Assembly: GCA_964480105.1 (NCBI GenBank)
Contig: CAYZPX010000001.1
Location: 18,163 to 82,162 of the forward strand
DNA from: an uncultured Burkholderiaceae bacterium
GTDB lineage: Bacteria > Pseudomonadota > Gammaproteobacteria > Burkholderiales > Burkholderiaceae_C
DNA: 64,000 nt
Direction of reading: 5' to 3'
Of this stretch, positions 42,375-52,400 are shown one piece after another. The position numbers and the translations under genes are program-made. The notes beneath the pieces are model-generated. The model saw only the letters and a program-made list of their open reading frames with translations, had not been told where the DNA came from and did not search any database. Numbering within the stretch: position 1 is the first letter of the stretch; each line of letters opens with the position of its first letter.

Positions 42375-45300
42375 AAGACACCGGAAAAGCACGCCTACCA
42401 GGGCTGGTATCGCCCAAGGTTGACAACGCCGACCTGGCCCGCTGGGTCCAGGCGGTCTCTGAACGCCTTGAGGTGCGCGAGGGCTCGCGGGGTAACCCCT
42501 ATGAGCGTGCGGTGACCGTGCGCGACCTGACCGAGGGCGGCATTGCTGTCATGGGTGGGGGTGGGCGCATCGCTGCGGGCGGTCCTGGCGGCGGGGCCTA
42601 TGCCGGCTACACCAACCAAAACCCGGACTACGAGAAGTTCTGGGAGGAGCTGAAAAACTCCAGCCTGTACCGCGAGCTGATGAAGCGCATCGACGACCCC
42701 ACGCGGTTTGACGACCTGGCTGACGAGATCAAGGCGGTTCTGCTGCGCGACATTGCTGAGGAAGCGCGCCTGCGCGGAGCAGACATCCGCCGCCTTGACA
42801 CCAAGATCCAGTCGGAGAGCCGAGCATTGGCCATGTCTGTGCTGGAAGTTACCGCCGCCGTGCAGGACGCTGCCGCTGGGGTGCGGCAAACCCAGCTGGC
42901 CCAGGCAAGCGCTACCCAGGCAATCGCCGGGCAAATCACCCAGGTGCAGTCCAAGCTCGATGACAAGGTTGCCACGGTAGAGCAGACGCTCAAGACCACG
43001 GTGGATGACGTGGACGGCATCAAGGCGGAATACTTTGTCAAAGTGGGTGCGGGCGGTGCCTTTGGAGGGTTTGGGCTTTCGGCGGTTTCTACGGCGGACC
43101 CAAGCAATCCGGCCTACAAGCCGACCTACTCGCAGTTCCTGGTTGCTGCAGACAAGTTTGCCATCGTTTCCCCGGATGGCAGTACAAACCCCTTTGGAAT
43201 CGACCCCTCCGGCATCTACCTCAATGGCCAGGTGCGCATCAATGCCAACGGGCAACAACTTGCCGATCTGACCAACGAGTTCTACCTCACCGCCTCGGGG
43301 CAGGTGTTCAACCAAAACCCCAACACCAGCGCACTGTCGCCGTCCAGCATCACGGTCACTGCCAACCTCAAGGGGGCGATTGCGGGCAAGGTGGCGACCT
43401 TCAGCTCCACACCCTCCGGGTTGGTGACTGCCAATGGCAATACGGCCACGGTAGCGTCTTCGGCCTTTGCGACCAACACCAGCGTCAAGGTAACCGCCTC
43501 GCTGTCGCATAACGGCGTGACCTACACGGACGAGTTCACGCTTTACAAGGTGGTGGACGGCGCTGATGCGCTGGTGGGCTTCCTGACCAACGAGAGCCAC
43601 GCGCTTGCGGCCGATTCGGCTGGCCTGGTGTCGAGCTACACCGGGGCATCGGGCAAGTTTGTGGTGTTCAAGGGCGGGGCCGAGCAGATCTCTGGGGTCA
43701 GCTACTCCGTAGTTCCGGGGTCGGCGTTGACAGCGACGATAGGAGCGTCCGGCCAGTTCGCCGTGTCGGGAGGGCTGACGGCCGATGTGGCTACGGTCAC
43801 TTTCCGCGCGACGGTGGGCGGGCAAGCCATCGACAAGGTGTTCACCCTGGCCCGGCAAAAGGCGGGCGCGGCCGGGAACTACACGGACTACATCTTTATT
43901 CGCAGCACGTCTGCTCCAGGAACCCCTGTGGGCGCAACACCCTCTGGTTGGTCTGACACCCCACCTCCAGGTACAGACCCGCTGTATATGTCCCAGGCGA
44001 TGAAAAAAGCGAATGGCACCCTGGTCGGCTCCTGGTCCACCCCTGTGCGCCTGGATGGTAAACCAGGCACCGACGGTAAGTACACGGTGTACCAGTACAC
44101 CACCGGGACCGAGACATCTGCCACCGGAAATTGGGGCAGTACCCCGCCGACGCTCTCGGCTGGGCAATACATGTGGATGCGTGCCGGAACGGTGACACCT
44201 CCAAGCCCAGACACCGCGTGGGGCACCCCCTATCGCATCTCCGGAGAGAAGGGTCAAGATGGGCCGCGCGGGTCGCTGACGGGGTATGGCGGCGCATCTA
44301 ACGGCTTGTGGCTAAATGGTTTTGACTGGAACAGTGCCGCGACGGTCAACGGCAGGCAGGCTGCGGGCGTGGTTGCGCTCATGCTTGGCTTGGACCTAGG
44401 CGCGTACTACAACCTGACAAGCCACTTGCGTATTGGCGACACCGTTACGCTGGTGAGTCAGGACCAAACCAGGGCCGAAACGCGCTATTGGTCGGGTACA
44501 GGGTGGCTGAAGCCAGGCGTCACCATCGACGGCAACTTGCTGGTCAAAGGGACGGTGAGCGCAGACAAGATCAACACGGACCAGCTTTTTGCCAGTCAAG
44601 CACTGATCAATAAAATCCAGACAACTGAGCTCAACGCTAGCAAGATCACATCAGGAACGATCTCGGCAGATCGTATCGGCGCCATCACGATTAGCGCCAG
44701 TCAGATCACCTCCGGGGCTCTTTCGGTGGATCGCATCGGGTCTGGGGTAAACACGGCAAACGCAGGTTTTAGCTTTGGCTTTGGGGCTGGAAGCCAGGTT
44801 GGCAACTTTAACGGCGCGGGTTTTTTTAAGTCCAACACGACCGCGACATTTGGGCTGGCGGCTGTTAATTCGGCGGGCGGGGTTGCATTGGCAGCAGTGG
44901 TGCCGACCTATGGATCAGCAGCTGAGTTCAACTCAGGGGATGTGACGGGCGGAGGGGCTTGGCAAACGTCAGCAAAGCTGTGCTCCACGGACCACCGATA
45001 TGGGACACGGGTGGCTGGATCATTCGCCCAAGGCGGACGGTATGCTGCCTTTGGACTGTCGGATATGGCTGCGAAGTTCATCGGATCGGACGGCCGTGAG
45101 GTCCACATCCTCACAGGCGCCCACGCAATGGACATCTCTGGCCCCGTCCGCATCAGCAATGCACTGAGCGTTAGCTCGTTGACCGTCAATGGGGTGGCTG
45201 TGACCGGAGGCTCCAACGTCAACAACGTCGCCATCCAGCCCACGACCGTTACTGCCTCCGGTGGAATAACAACCTACGGGAATAACGGCACGACCACGCT

Positions 45301-45934
45301 TGGGTCTGGCTCGCACGTCGGATTCCCTCTTGGCCTTAACACCACACTTTCCGCATATATTAAGCAGCACCTGGGCGTCGATGGCAACGTGCTTATTAAT
45401 GGCGCCCTCCAGGTCAAAGGTAAAACACTTGCGTTTACCGGAGCCCACCCCGGCGTACTTGACAGAGCTGACAAGATTGCCGTTGGCGACATCTTGGTTG
45501 ACAGCCAAGTCGTATCGAAGCTCGACATATCCAACACCGTAACACTCGTCCGCCCGTCATCCGCAAAGAACCAGAAAGGCGTCATTGGCGTTTATTCTGG
45601 CGAGAACACCACCATGCCCGCCGCGCTAACGGCCGACGCAAGCATCGGCGGCGCCCCTGCCCCAAAGTTTGCCAGCCTCTTGGCAACCCACAAGATTGTT
45701 GACATCAACGCCGTCGGCGAAGGCCAGATCAACGTCTGCGGCGAGAACGGCGACCTGGAGATCGGTGACCTGATCGTGTCCAGCTCGACGCAGGGCAAAG
45801 GGATGCGCCAAATGAAGGATGGCCAAGTCGATGACCTGGTGCGCAGCTACACCGTGGCCAAGTGCCGGGAGAAGGTGACTTTCACCAGCCCGACCGAGGT
45901 GAAGATGGTGGCGTGTATCTACCTGTGCGGCTGA
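42371..45934 (+). CDS. tail tip or host-specificity (lambda J C-terminal-like) fibre protein
   Basis: 1187 aa. The Q/A-rich helical segment followed by YFVKVGAGGAFGGFGLS...SQFLVAADKFAIV resembles the J/DUF1983-type region. Confidence 0.6.
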   Translation: MKDTGKARLPGLVSPKVDNADLARWVQAVSERLEVREGSRGNPYERAVTVRDLTEGGIAVMGGGGRIAAGGPGGGAYAGYTNQNPDYEKFWEELKNSSLYRELMKRIDDPTRFDDLADEIKAVLLRDIAEEARLRGADIRRLDTKIQSESRALAMSVLEVTAAVQDAAAGVRQTQLAQASATQAIAGQITQVQSKLDDKVATVEQTLKTTVDDVDGIKAEYFVKVGAGGAFGGFGLSAVSTADPSNPAYKPTYSQFLVAADKFAIVSPDGSTNPFGIDPSGIYLNGQVRINANGQQLADLTNEFYLTASGQVFNQNPNTSALSPSSITVTANLKGAIAGKVATFSSTPSGLVTANGNTATVASSAFATNTSVKVTASLSHNGVTYTDEFTLYKVVDGADALVGFLTNESHALAADSAGLVSSYTGASGKFVVFKGGAEQISGVSYSVVPGSALTATIGASGQFAVSGGLTADVATVTFRATVGGQAIDKVFTLARQKAGAAGNYTDYIFIRSTSAPGTPVGATPSGWSDTPPPGTDPLYMSQAMKKANGTLVGSWSTPVRLDGKPGTDGKYTVYQYTTGTETSATGNWGSTPPTLSAGQYMWMRAGTVTPPSPDTAWGTPYRISGEKGQDGPRGSLTGYGGASNGLWLNGFDWNSAATVNGRQAAGVVALMLGLDLGAYYNLTSHLRIGDTVTLVSQDQTRAETRYWSGTGWLKPGVTIDGNLLVKGTVSADKINTDQLFASQALINKIQTTELNASKITSGTISADRIGAITISASQITSGALSVDRIGSGVNTANAGFSFGFGAGSQVGNFNGAGFFKSNTTATFGLAAVNSAGGVALAAVVPTYGSAAEFNSGDVTGGGAWQTSAKLCSTDHRYGTRVAGSFAQGGRYAAFGLSDMAAKFIGSDGREVHILTGAHAMDISGPVRISNALSVSSLTVNGVAVTGGSNVNNVAIQPTTVTASGGITTYGNNGTTTLGSGSHVGFPLGLNTTLSAYIKQHLGVDGNVLINGALQVKGKTLAFTGAHPGVLDRADKIAVGDILVDSQVVSKLDISNTVTLVRPSSAKNQKGVIGVYSGENTTMPAALTADASIGGAPAPKFASLLATHKIVDINAVGEGQINVCGENGDLEIGDLIVSSSTQGKGMRQMKDGQVDDLVRSYTVAKCREKVTFTSPTEVKMVACIYLCG

Positions 45935-45964
45935 CCCTAGCGTAAAATCGGCGGACGCAACAAA

Positions 45965-46093
45965 GGCCGGGTGTTCCGGTCATTCAAACAAGCGGCGAGC
46001 CATTGATGCTGCCGCATGTCCAAACGAACCGCCCATGAGGCGGTTTTTTCATTTCAGCACTGAGCCTCCCGTGGAAACACCGGAGGCTTTTTT
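45965..46093 (+). repeat. structured intergenic module, copy 2 (two hairpins plus two tandem terminators)
   Basis: GGCCGG-GTGTT-CCGGTC, then AACAAGCGGC...GCCGC hairpin, CATGT, then terminators at about 46028-46049 and 46064-46093. Confidence 0.7.
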
Positions 46094-46104
46094 GCGTCTG
46101 CTGC

Positions 46105-46521
46105 ATGGCACTTCACACCTTTGACTATGACCTGGGCCGGGTTCTCCCGTTTGCCCAGGGGCTGATACACGGCCTGCACACGGCGGACGACATGCGCGCA
46201 ATTGGACTGCGCCGGGATGGCGAGCTGGTGGCGGCTGCGGTGTATGAGGGCTTCAATGGCCAAAACATGTGGGCTCACCTGTGCGGCCTCCCTGGCGCCC
46301 GCTGGATGACCCGGGATTTTCTTCGGGCTGGCTTCGGCTACCCCTTCCTTGTGTGTGGCGTCAAGCGCTTGAGCGGCTACGTCAATGCCAGCAACCACGA
46401 GGCAAGACGACTTAACGAGCACTTTGGCTACCGGGTGGAGGCAACCCTGGCCGGCGCCGCCCCCGACGGTGGCGATGTGCTGATCTATGTGATGCGGCGA
46501 GAGGACTGCAGATATGTCTAA
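46105..46521 (+). CDS. GNAT-family N-acetyltransferase
   Basis: 138 aa. VCGVKRLSGYVNASNHEARRLNEHFGYRVEATL is a typical GNAT acetyl-CoA-binding C-terminal core. Confidence 0.6.
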   Translation: MALHTFDYDLGRVLPFAQGLIHGLHTADDMRAIGLRRDGELVAAAVYEGFNGQNMWAHLCGLPGARWMTRDFLRAGFGYPFLVCGVKRLSGYVNASNHEARRLNEHFGYRVEATLAGAAPDGGDVLIYVMRREDCRYV

Positions 46522-47485
46522 AGCATTTTTCGAGATGGCCCCCGTGGGGGCTTTTGAGCCCCGCCCGGGTGGTGGGATGCGCCTGCATGGGGGTAAGGGT
46601 AGCTCTGCGCCGCCGCCTGATCCGGAGCTGGTCAAGGCTCACATCAAGTCGCTTGGCATTCAGGACAAGGCGATTGAGGAGGTTCTGGCCAACGCGAAGA
46701 TGATGCAGCCCTATCAGATCCGTCAGATCGAAAAGGGTATCGAGCTTCAAGACCGCCTAGCACCCATTCAGGAGGAGCAGCTGCGGTTTGGCCTGAAGTC
46801 GGCCAATACCGCTTACGAACAGGCTCAAGAGGACCGCCAGTGGGCGCTGCAAAAGCGCGGACAGCTGGATCGCGCGCAGGGTGCTCTGCTGGATGAAGCA
46901 GAAACATTTGACGAAGGCCAGCGCCGCGACAAGCTGTTTGGCCAAGCGGTTGGAGACATTACACAGGCGTTTGACCAGTCTGAAGCGCAAGGACTTCGTT
47001 CCATGGCCCGCATGGGGGTAAACCCTAATGACGGGAAGATGGCCGCGATGGTCAACCAGAACAACCTGCAGGAAGCGCTGGCCAAGACGGCCGCAGGAAG
47101 CAAGGCGTCTGAATCCGCCCGGGCCGAGGGCCTACAGCTCAAGAGCAACGCTGCCAACATGCTGTCGGGCTATCCAAGCATGGGGATGCAGGCATCCAGC
47201 AACGGCGCAGGCTTCGGCGGCATGGGCCTGACCATTGCCAACAACGGCCTGGCAGGCGCCGGCAACGCCATGAATTTCATGAACGCCGGTCTGGCGGGGA
47301 TGAACTCGGGCTTCGGTGCGGTGGGACAGATGGCAGGACAGATGGGTAGCAGCGCGACCAATATGTTTGGCGCCCAGGCCAACTACAAGAACAGCCAGGA
47401 CCAGATTGCAGCATCGAGCGATCCGTTTGCTGCATTGCTTGGCGCAGGCGCCACGCTGGGCGCCGCCTGGATTGGCAAAAAGTAA
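46514..47485 (+). CDS. internal virion protein (Gly/Ala/Asn/Met-rich C-terminus)
   Basis: 323 aa. Position and composition are like podovirus core or ejection proteins. Confidence 0.55.
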   Translation: MSKAFFEMAPVGAFEPRPGGGMRLHGGKGSSAPPPDPELVKAHIKSLGIQDKAIEEVLANAKMMQPYQIRQIEKGIELQDRLAPIQEEQLRFGLKSANTAYEQAQEDRQWALQKRGQLDRAQGALLDEAETFDEGQRRDKLFGQAVGDITQAFDQSEAQGLRSMARMGVNPNDGKMAAMVNQNNLQEALAKTAAGSKASESARAEGLQLKSNAANMLSGYPSMGMQASSNGAGFGGMGLTIANNGLAGAGNAMNFMNAGLAGMNSGFGAVGQMAGQMGSSATNMFGAQANYKNSQDQIAASSDPFAALLGAGATLGAAWIGKK

Positions 47486-47497
47486 CAAGGGGTACGC

Positions 47498-49399
47498 ATG
47501 AGCTTTGCACGGAATTTCGCCATGGGCCAGCAGATTGCCCAGACCGCCATGGACGCTTTTGACCAGGCCCGCCTTGGCAAGATCATGTCCGAGACCAAGG
47601 ACGCCAAGGTTCAAGAGCTTGCGCCGGTTGAGGATGTGGAGGCTGTGCCGGTCGAGCAGATTCAGAACCAGCAACAACCGAAGGCCGACCTTTCTGCGCC
47701 TTTTGCGAGCCCTGACGCACCCGCGATCCCAGACCAAGTAGTCATTGAGCCCAAGCGCACGCAGGTGAGCCCTAAGCAGTATCAGCTGTTGGGCAAGACC
47801 TATGACCAGCCCCTGACCGACGATCAGGTGAAGGCTGCCCGCACGGACAGCCTGAAAGGCCGCATTTCCGAACTGTTCAACCCCGTGCGCGGGCTCAAGC
47901 AGATGCGCGAGCTAGAGTTGCAGGACCAGGAGGACTTCAAGTTTGGGCTGATGAAGACAGAGGCGGCACACAAGGCCGAGGAGCGCAAGAAGCAGGAAAA
48001 CATTAAACAGGCTGGCGTCAAGGCCCTGAAGGAATCGGACTTTGGCCAGGTGAACGCGGCGTACTCGCAGGATCTGTCCGCGTGGCAGGAGGAAAACGCG
48101 AAGCGCCAAGCCCAGATTGAGGCTGGCACACCCGAGGCGGACCTGCCTCCCGTGCGCGCAAAGCCGGTCATGCCCGTTATTTCGCCGGCCAGGATGATCG
48201 CCAGCAATTTGGCCATCATGAATGCGCAGGTGGCTGCAGGCGCTGATTTTGACCCAAAGACGTTCGCAAGCCACGCCGAGGCATACCAGAAGTTGCAAGA
48301 ACAAGGCTGGGGTCGCGCGCTGAGTGCAATCGCACAAGGCGCCACCATTGACGATGTGGCGAAACTGGTGGCTCAAAACGGAAAGCCTGGATTTGACCCC
48401 AAAAACGTGGTTGCCGATGTGACGAAAACAGATGAGAACGGTATCAAAAACCGTGTCATCACCTACTTCGATCCCGTGCAAAAGCGCAACATCACCATTG
48501 ACACAGCCGTAGAGCAAGCAGCCATTGGCGAGATCGACAAGCAGATGGACAAGCTCCTAAAGTTGTCGCAGATCAATTACCACAACAGCGGGACCGGGCT
48601 ACGCAAGGCCCAAACTGACGCGCAGGTGGCCAACGTGGATGCAATCAAGGCACTTGCGGGTCAACGAGAGGCGGCAGCCAGGGTGTCTGATGCGCGGGCG
48701 GACGGCACTTTGCCTGGCGGGACGGGCAAGGGCAAGGCTCCAAAAGCAGACTTCGACAAGGTGGTTGACTACTTCGACAAGTTCAGCCCCAAGGATCAGC
48801 CAACCCAGCGCGCCGAGGGGTTGAACATCGCGCGGCAGGCAATGGCGCTGAACCCTGGCGCTGCCCCCGAGGAGATTGCCTACGCCGCCCAGGCCGCAGT
48901 CACCGAAGGCGACGCCTCCCCCAGCATTGCCCGCAAGTTGGACTTCAACACCGGGCAAGTCGTGGCGGTTTTCACGGACCCGCGCACTGGAAACAAGGTC
49001 AAGCTGCACCAAGCCAAACCCACGCCAGAGATGGCGCCAGCCCTGAAGGCGGAAGTCCAGTCCTATCTGGCGGAGCAGGAAAAGCTAGGCCGGGAGTCTG
49101 GCAGCGAAATCAGCTGGGCCGACGTGCTCAAGAAAGCCGCAGCCAATCCGCAGGACAAGTATTTGCTGGAACAGGTTGTTGCCAACACGATTGGCACAGC
49201 CTTCCAAACCGCCCAGCCAAAGATCATGCAGCTGTATCAGCAGCAAGCAGAACGCCTGCGCGCCATGGGTCAGCCTGTACCGCCACCTCCAACCCGTGAG
49301 CAGATTCTGGAAAAGCTGCGCAGCGAGCACCGAAGCCCGCAGGGCATGGCGGCAATCAACAACCGCCTGAACCTGATTCGTACCTACGGACTGAAGTGA
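47498..49399 (+). CDS. internal virion protein
   Basis: 633-aa helical protein directly upstream of the transglycosylase-bearing giant gene. Confidence 0.55.
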   Translation: MSFARNFAMGQQIAQTAMDAFDQARLGKIMSETKDAKVQELAPVEDVEAVPVEQIQNQQQPKADLSAPFASPDAPAIPDQVVIEPKRTQVSPKQYQLLGKTYDQPLTDDQVKAARTDSLKGRISELFNPVRGLKQMRELELQDQEDFKFGLMKTEAAHKAEERKKQENIKQAGVKALKESDFGQVNAAYSQDLSAWQEENAKRQAQIEAGTPEADLPPVRAKPVMPVISPARMIASNLAIMNAQVAAGADFDPKTFASHAEAYQKLQEQGWGRALSAIAQGATIDDVAKLVAQNGKPGFDPKNVVADVTKTDENGIKNRVITYFDPVQKRNITIDTAVEQAAIGEIDKQMDKLLKLSQINYHNSGTGLRKAQTDAQVANVDAIKALAGQREAAARVSDARADGTLPGGTGKGKAPKADFDKVVDYFDKFSPKDQPTQRAEGLNIARQAMALNPGAAPEEIAYAAQAAVTEGDASPSIARKLDFNTGQVVAVFTDPRTGNKVKLHQAKPTPEMAPALKAEVQSYLAEQEKLGRESGSEISWADVLKKAAANPQDKYLLEQVVANTIGTAFQTAQPKIMQLYQQQAERLRAMGQPVPPPPTREQILEKLRSEHRSPQGMAAINNRLNLIRTYGLK

Positions 49400-49408
49400 G
49401 CCCAAGAC

Positions 49409-52400
49409 ATGAGCAATTCCTTTCTCGACTCACTGAGCTTTGACCTTGACGGCAACGTTTCCCAGGTACCGGGGGCCAGCAAGCCAGCTGTCATGCCGGC
49501 CTTTGACATGCCCGAAGACGAGCCTGGTATAGCGCGTGCTGCCGATGGTGGAAGCCGGCTGTTTGACCGCGGCGTCATCTGGCAAGAGTCTCGCGGCCGT
49601 CAATTTGACAGCAATGGCAACCCCCTGACCAGCAAAGCCGGTGCAATCGGCATTGCACAGGTGATGCCAGGCACCGCACCAGAGGCGGCTCGCCTGGCTG
49701 GTCTGCCATGGGATGAAAAGCGCTACCGCACAGACCCGGACTACAACGCCTCACTTGGTCGCGCCTACTTTAATAAGCAGCTTTCCACTTTTGGCGACGA
49801 AGGCATGGCCTTGGCTGCCTACAACGCTGGACCGGGCCGCGTGCAAAGCGCATTGCGCAAAGCAAGCCAAGACGGGAATCCGGGCGCATGGCTTTCCTAC
49901 CTGCCAGCTGAGACCCGGGACTATGTGCCCAAGATCATGGGCAAGGTGTATGGCGCAGGGTCTGAGGTAGGCGGCGGGCAGGCCAAGCCCCAGCCGCGGC
50001 CACAGCCTGCCAGTGCCAGCTTCCTGGATCGCTTCTCGACCGACGACATTCTCAATATGTCGCTCAATAGCTCGGATGGCATGGTGGAGTCTTCCTTGAC
50101 GCCACCCAAGGAGCGCACATGGGGCGAAGCCGTCATGGACCCGGTGATTGGTGCTGCGACGGGTATTTACACTGGCGTCAAGTCTATTTCAGACGCATTT
50201 GGCGCAGACAATCCGGTATCCGAGTTCTCTGGCGGTGTCATCAAAGCCCTGCAGGGCGCCCAGTCGCAAGCCCGACAGGTGGAGCGACAGAACCGTCAGG
50301 CCAAGATCCAGGAGGCCGAGGATTCTGGCAACACCTGGGATGAAATTGTCGCCAACGTAGGCGCCTTTGCTGACGCCCCGCTGGAAACAACCCTGAACGC
50401 CCTTGGTTCTAGCGCTCCCACGCTGCTGGCATCCGTGATCCCCGGCATTGGCCAGGTCAACGCGGCCCGATTCATCATGCAGGGTGCCATCGGCGCGGCC
50501 CAAGGTGCCGGCGCAGTCAAGGGCTCCATCTACGAGAAGGTGCAGGAGCGGCTGGAAAAAGATGGCATGAGCAAGAGCGAGGCCGCCAAGGTGGCTGCCG
50601 GCGCCCAGGCCTACGACAGCCAAAACGCTGGTCAGATCGCACTTGGCGCATTGCTTGGTGCTGTCGCTGGCACGAGCGGCATTGAAAACACCGTCGGCAA
50701 GCTGGCCAGCCGCCGCGCAGGTGGTGAAGTCGTAGAGCAAGCCAGCCGCGATGTTCTTGCCCGTACCGGAATTGGCATTCTCAAGGAGTCGCCAATCGAG
50801 GGCTTCCAGGGTGGCCAAGAGCGAGTCGCATCGAACATTGCGCTGCAAAACCTTGGTTACAACGAGCCTACCTTCAAGGGCGCCATTGGTCAGGGTTTTG
50901 GCGAGGCTGTAGCCAGCGCCGGCCCTGGTGCAATCGGCGGTTACTTTGACAAGCCTGCAGCACCGGCAACACCAGCACCCAATGGTCCTCTGACCCGCGC
51001 TCTGAACGCAGGCGCCCCAGTTGCGCAGCCGGCTCCACAGGCCCCCACCGAGGCAGCGCCCGCAGCAGCAACACCCCCAGCGCCACCCGCAGCGCCGCCA
51101 GTAGCCCCGCCCGACCTGAGCAGCCCAGTCTCAGACCTTGGCCAGGAGGAAATCGACCCCGAGATGGCCGCCATGGCCGATACGGACCTGGATGCGCTGA
51201 TCGCCGGCATTGAATCCAAGGAAGAGGTCGCAGTCTCTGACGATGACTGGGTGCGCTACTACCTGGCCAAGGAGGAAATCAAGCGCCGCAAGACCCCGCA
51301 AGCCACTGCAGCCGTGACACCGACGCAGGAGGCGGCCCCGCAGGCGCCCGAATCCCCTGCAGAGCAGACAGCCGAGGCAGCCCCAGAGCCAGCCGGCACC
51401 TACATGCCCGGCGCAGAGATCAACGCCAAGCGCCCCAAAGAGCAACCCAAGGTGGTGCTCCAGAACCGTGACCGTTCTGGCGCCGCCAGTGTGCAGCAGA
51501 TGAGTGGCATCGCCTCCAACCCGGACTTTCTGCGGATTGGCCCGTCGACCGAGATGACCACGGGCGCCCCGGTGGTGTTTGGCGACCTTCCAGCCACCGC
51601 CGTCAAAGGCCGACCCGAAACGGTGGTGGACGGCAAGGGCGACCGCATCCAGGCTCAGTATGTGGTGGTGGATGCCCGCGACCTGATTGCCTCGAACAAC
51701 GCGGACGGCACCCCGGTGGAGTCCTACGTCAACGGCTTACCCGGAAAACTGCGTGCCGTCGCTGGCAACGGCCGCACGGCAGGCATCCAGAAGGCCTACC
51801 AGCAAGGCACCGCCGAGAAATACCGCCAGGACCTGATCGAGCAAGCCCAGACCATGGGCCTGGACGCCGCCGCCATTGAGGCCATGCAGCAGCCAGTGCT
51901 GGTGCGCGTGATGGATGCGGCCGATGTGCGCGACGACATGGGCGACCGCACCAACATCACCGGCACCCAGCGCCTTTCCCCGGTAGAGCAGGCCGCCAAC
52001 GATGCGCGCCGGCTGAATCTGGCCGACCTGAGCTTTGACGAAAACGGCAATCCCACCCAGGAAACACTGCGCCGCTTCATCAACACCATGCCGGATGCCG
52101 AAAAGGGCGACCTGATCGCCGGCAAGGAAGGGACGCCCACCCGCCAGGCCGCAGAGCGCCTGATGGCCGCCACCTTCAAACAGGCCTACGACTCGGATGA
52201 GTTGGTGGAGCTGTACGCCCAGGCCCCGGAGCCCGAGGCCCGCGCCATCCTGAACGCGGCCGCCGAAGCTGCGGGGGCTTTGTCCGCCCTCAAGGAGATG
52301 AACCCTGACTTTGATGTGCGCGAGGCTGTGGCCGGTGCCGTCAAGATGGCCGTCAACGCCTCCCGCCAGCAAAAGCCGCTGGCCGAGTTTGCCCAGAACG

